Shown here: piece by piece, positions 4,950-6,806 of the stretch
How positions within the stretch are numbered: the first letter of the stretch is position 1
Layout of the letters: every line of letters begins with the position of its first letter
Source: Candidatus Culexmicrobium profundum
GTDB lineage: Archaea; Thermoproteota; Methanomethylicia; Culexarchaeales; Culexmicrobiaceae
Reading direction: 5' to 3'
DNA length: 6,806 nucleotides
Assembly (NCBI GenBank): GCA_025061245.1
Contig: JANZKD010000093.1
Span: 1 to 6,806 of the forward strand
Position numbers and translations under genes: made by a program
The notes under the pieces: model-generated
What the model saw: the letters and a program-made list of their open reading frames with translations, nothing else
What the model was told of the DNA's origin: nothing
Database searches by the model: none

Positions 4950-6143
4950 TTATGGATTGCTGCATTCATTTTGGAGGGTGTGGAGAATTCTCCAGGCTAG
5001 GCTTGTTAGGTTGTATCCGTATTTTGTCCATTTTGCTAGGCTGTGTTTTTGTAGTGTTTTCCATTGGGTTGGTGTGGCTTGGTTTAATGCTGCGTTTATT
5101 AGGAAGCTTTTTAGTTTTATGTAAGCTGGTTCGTTTGGCTTTACTTTTCCCATTTTTCTTATTGTTTTTGGTATGTCTATGAGTTGTAGTAGTTGGCTTT
5201 CTGTTGTGGCTGTTTTATTGGTTATGTTTATGGTTTTTATTGTTGGCTGGTAGTATTCTTGAGTTGGTTTTGTTGTTGGTTCTAGTTTACGTGTTATTTG
5301 CTGTATTTCTTGGTGGGTTATTGTGATTTTCTGTTTTTTCTTGGGTTGATGGTGTTTGGCTGGTTTTCCTTTGGTTGATGTTGCGTTTTTGATTTTTGGT
5401 GTGATTGTGACCTGGATTAGTGTTGGTTTTATTTCTGGTGTTTTGATTATGCATTGTCCTGTTTTTAGGTTTGCTATTATTCTTTTTACTTGGTCTATTT
5501 CGTGTTTGGTGAAGGCTAGGTCTCTTGCTAGTTTTTCTCTTGTTTGGTCGTCTTCTATTCTCATTATTATTTTTAGGGTTGACATGGCCATTATTTCGTG
5601 TTGGAGTGAGGTGGGGGTTATGGCTATTATTCCTATTCCATGTTTTCTTGCTTCTTTGTAGAGTTTTGCTAGTATGTTTTCTGGTGGGTGTAGGTGTCCT
5701 GCTTGTATTGTTACTTTTTCTTTTGGTGCTATTGTGTGGGCTTCATCAATTATTACTATTAGGTTTAATTTTTGGCTGGTGCTTTGAGCATAATTGTAGA
5801 TTGCTGCGAGTAGTATGTGTGTTGCTAGGATTTTTGCTGTTTCTGTTGGTAGAGTTGATAGGTTAATTATATTTACTCCTTTTATTGGTAGTTTGGGTTT
5901 TCCTTGACAGTCTAGTGGTGTGTTTATTATTGGTTCTATTCTTCTTCTTAGTGCGTCGCATGCATCTCTATGTTCACGTTTTTTGAGTTGGCTTCTTAGT
6001 TTTTCGAGTAGTTTGTAGAGTTTTGTGAAAGTTAGTTTTTCACTGCATTGTATTATGGTTGATAGTAGGTGGTATACTAGTGGTGTTGGTGTTGATTTTG
6101 AGACTAGTGATATTTTTGCTGGTATTGCTATTGCTTTTTCAGC
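4950..6143 (-). pseudogene. HerA/DUF87 (AAA_10-like) ATPase fragment: Walker B and C-terminal core present, N-terminal domain and an intact Walker A absent, no start codon for the first 184 codons
   Basis: My translation of the minus strand shows the frame of ORF 4950-5591 stays open up to a TGA at 6144-6146 (397 codons). It includes ..LNLIVIIDEAHTIAP.. (Walker B), ..EARKHGIGIIAITPTS.., and IIMRIEDDQTREKL...LKTGQCIIKTPEIKPTLIQVTI, which resembles the HerA-like C-terminal core. The first ATG is at 5591. Upstream of 6143 there is no ATPase-like sequence and no GxxxxGK[ST]; only a weak SKST lies near the frame start. Confidence 0.6.
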
Positions 6144-6228
6144 TCATGGAACTGCAGTTATAGTTGAGAAGTTGGATGAGTGATATCTAATTTCTTGATT
6201 TAGCTTTATAGTTTGTTTGGACTATAAA

Positions 6229-6237
6229 TTTATATTT
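6229..6237 (+). promoter_or_regulatory. Putative TATA box for the 6261 membrane-protein gene
   Basis: tttatattt is centred 28 nt upstream of ATG 6261. Confidence 0.3.
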
Positions 6238-6260
6238 ACGGCCATAAATATAGTATTGAG

Positions 6261-6806
6261 ATGAGTCAAGGGCGAGAGGCTAGAGATTTAATTGAAATTT
6301 TAGATGGCTTTATGCATTTTGTGTTTGGTGAGCTTTGGGTTAGAGAGAATGTTAAGTATTATTTGTTTTTATTGTTGCTTCTCCTTGTTTCTCCACTTTA
6401 CATTGTTTCTTCTGAGGGTTTCTGGTATTTTACTTATTCATGGGGTATTGTTACTATTTCGCCTTCTGGAAGTGTTGGTTTTGAACTTATTTATTATAGG
6501 CTTATGCATCTTTTTGGAGTTCCAGTGAGTTACTATTATTTTTATGATCCCTCTTTTTTAATGCATTTTTTCGTTCTTAATTTGCTTGTGCTTTTATGTT
6601 TTCTAGGTCTGGTTTATGAATGGTTTTTTGGTGGTGGATTTGCTTCTCAGGGTTTGAGGATGCTTTGTTTGGTGGTTTCCAGTGATCTTTTCATTAAAAT
6701 TTTTCTAATTGTTTCTACAGGTTTTTTGATTTTGGGTTTTTATCCTCTTGTTTTCTATGCTGTATATAGACTTTTTAGGTTGTTTATTAGGTATTTTAAA
6801 TTTGAT
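6261..6806 (+). CDS. Multi-pass membrane protein, 5' part (182 codons, continues beyond the window)
   Basis: This frame has no stop from ATG 6261 to the window end. I checked every taa/tag/tga in 6301-6806 and none falls in this frame. Translation: MSQGREARDLIEILDGFMHFVFGELWVRENVKYYLFLLLLLLVSPLYIVSSEGFWYFTYSWGIVTISPSGSVGFELIYYRLMHLFGVPVSYYYFYDPSFLMHFFVLNLLVLLCFLGLVYEWFFGGGFASQGLRMLCLVVSSDLFIKIFLIVSTGFLILGFYPLVFYAVYRLFRLFIRYFKFD. It shows several hydrophobic spans. All three minus-strand frames are full of stops here. It is absent from the track because it lacks a stop in the window. Confidence 0.6.
   Translation, partial: MSQGREARDLIEILDGFMHFVFGELWVRENVKYYLFLLLLLLVSPLYIVSSEGFWYFTYSWGIVTISPSGSVGFELIYYRLMHLFGVPVSYYYFYDPSFLMHFFVLNLLVLLCFLGLVYEWFFGGGFASQGLRMLCLVVSSDLFIKIFLIVSTGFLILGFYPLVFYAVYRLFRLFIRYFKFD

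Noticed and set aside
3620-5866. Plus-strand ORFs 3620-3856, 3986-4225, 4528-4752, 4541-4795, 4826-5182, 4879-5124, 5356-5661 and 5525-5866, with L/F/V/C/G-rich translations
   Set aside because: They are antisense shadows of the minus-strand tnpB and ATPase fragment. A G/T-rich strand has few stop codons and yields hydrophobic pseudo-proteins. The opposite strand carries recognisable domains.
6093-6104. V-S-K-S-T near the start of the ATPase frame as a degenerate Walker A
   Set aside because: The Ser codons are TCA, which cannot arise from Gly GGN by the G->A/T->C spectrum seen here. No GxxxxGK context is present, so this could be coincidence.
6304-6528. Listed 74-aa plus-strand ORF
   Set aside because: It is out of frame with, and fully inside, the longer stop-free frame that starts at ATG 6261. 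Its own frame is repeatedly interrupted downstream.
1-6806. CRISPR arrays, rRNA genes, integrases, other defence cassettes
   Set aside because: No regularly spaced direct repeats were seen, no rRNA-like conserved stretches, and no ORFs with recognisable Cas, integrase or restriction motifs.

Overview
This is an AT-rich, archaeal-looking segment. Supporting signs are a GC-rich intron-containing tRNA, TATA-like boxes about 27 nt upstream of start codons, an archaeal-ATPase-type wHTH tail and an IS200/IS605-type tnpB. It is probably from a thermophilic cren/TACK archaeon, but the taxon cannot be fixed from this window. Gene order: 3' end of an archaeal-ATPase-like gene (1-192,+); AstE/AspA-family zinc hydrolase (263-1135,+); vapB-vapC toxin-antitoxin pair (1296-2004,+); orphan 234-aa protein (2288-2992,+); tRNA-His(GUG) with a canonical intron and a puzzling 5' region (3200-3316,+); a tnpB-only IS element (about 3330-4949,-) whose tnpB is frameshifted in a C5 run; a HerA/DUF87-like ATPase fragment with no start codon and no Walker A (4950-6143,-); and the 5' part of a multi-pass membrane protein (6261-6806,+) that is absent from the ORF track. 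The most unusual signal is not a gene. The window is a mosaic of sharply bounded blocks with extreme DNA-strand compositional asymmetry. The plus strand is A/C-rich at about 500-1135 and 1335-2004, and G/T-rich at about 3545-4160, 4445-6140 and 6300-6806. Compositionally ordinary islands lie between these blocks, two of them inside ORFs. The bias follows the DNA strand rather than the sense strand, and it flips polarity across the 2.0-3.5 kb interval. The spectrum looks like saturating C->T plus A->G change on one strand, filtered by selection. I know of no described mechanism that gives such block-wise patterns in a cellular genome. No CRISPR array, rRNA or integrase was seen.
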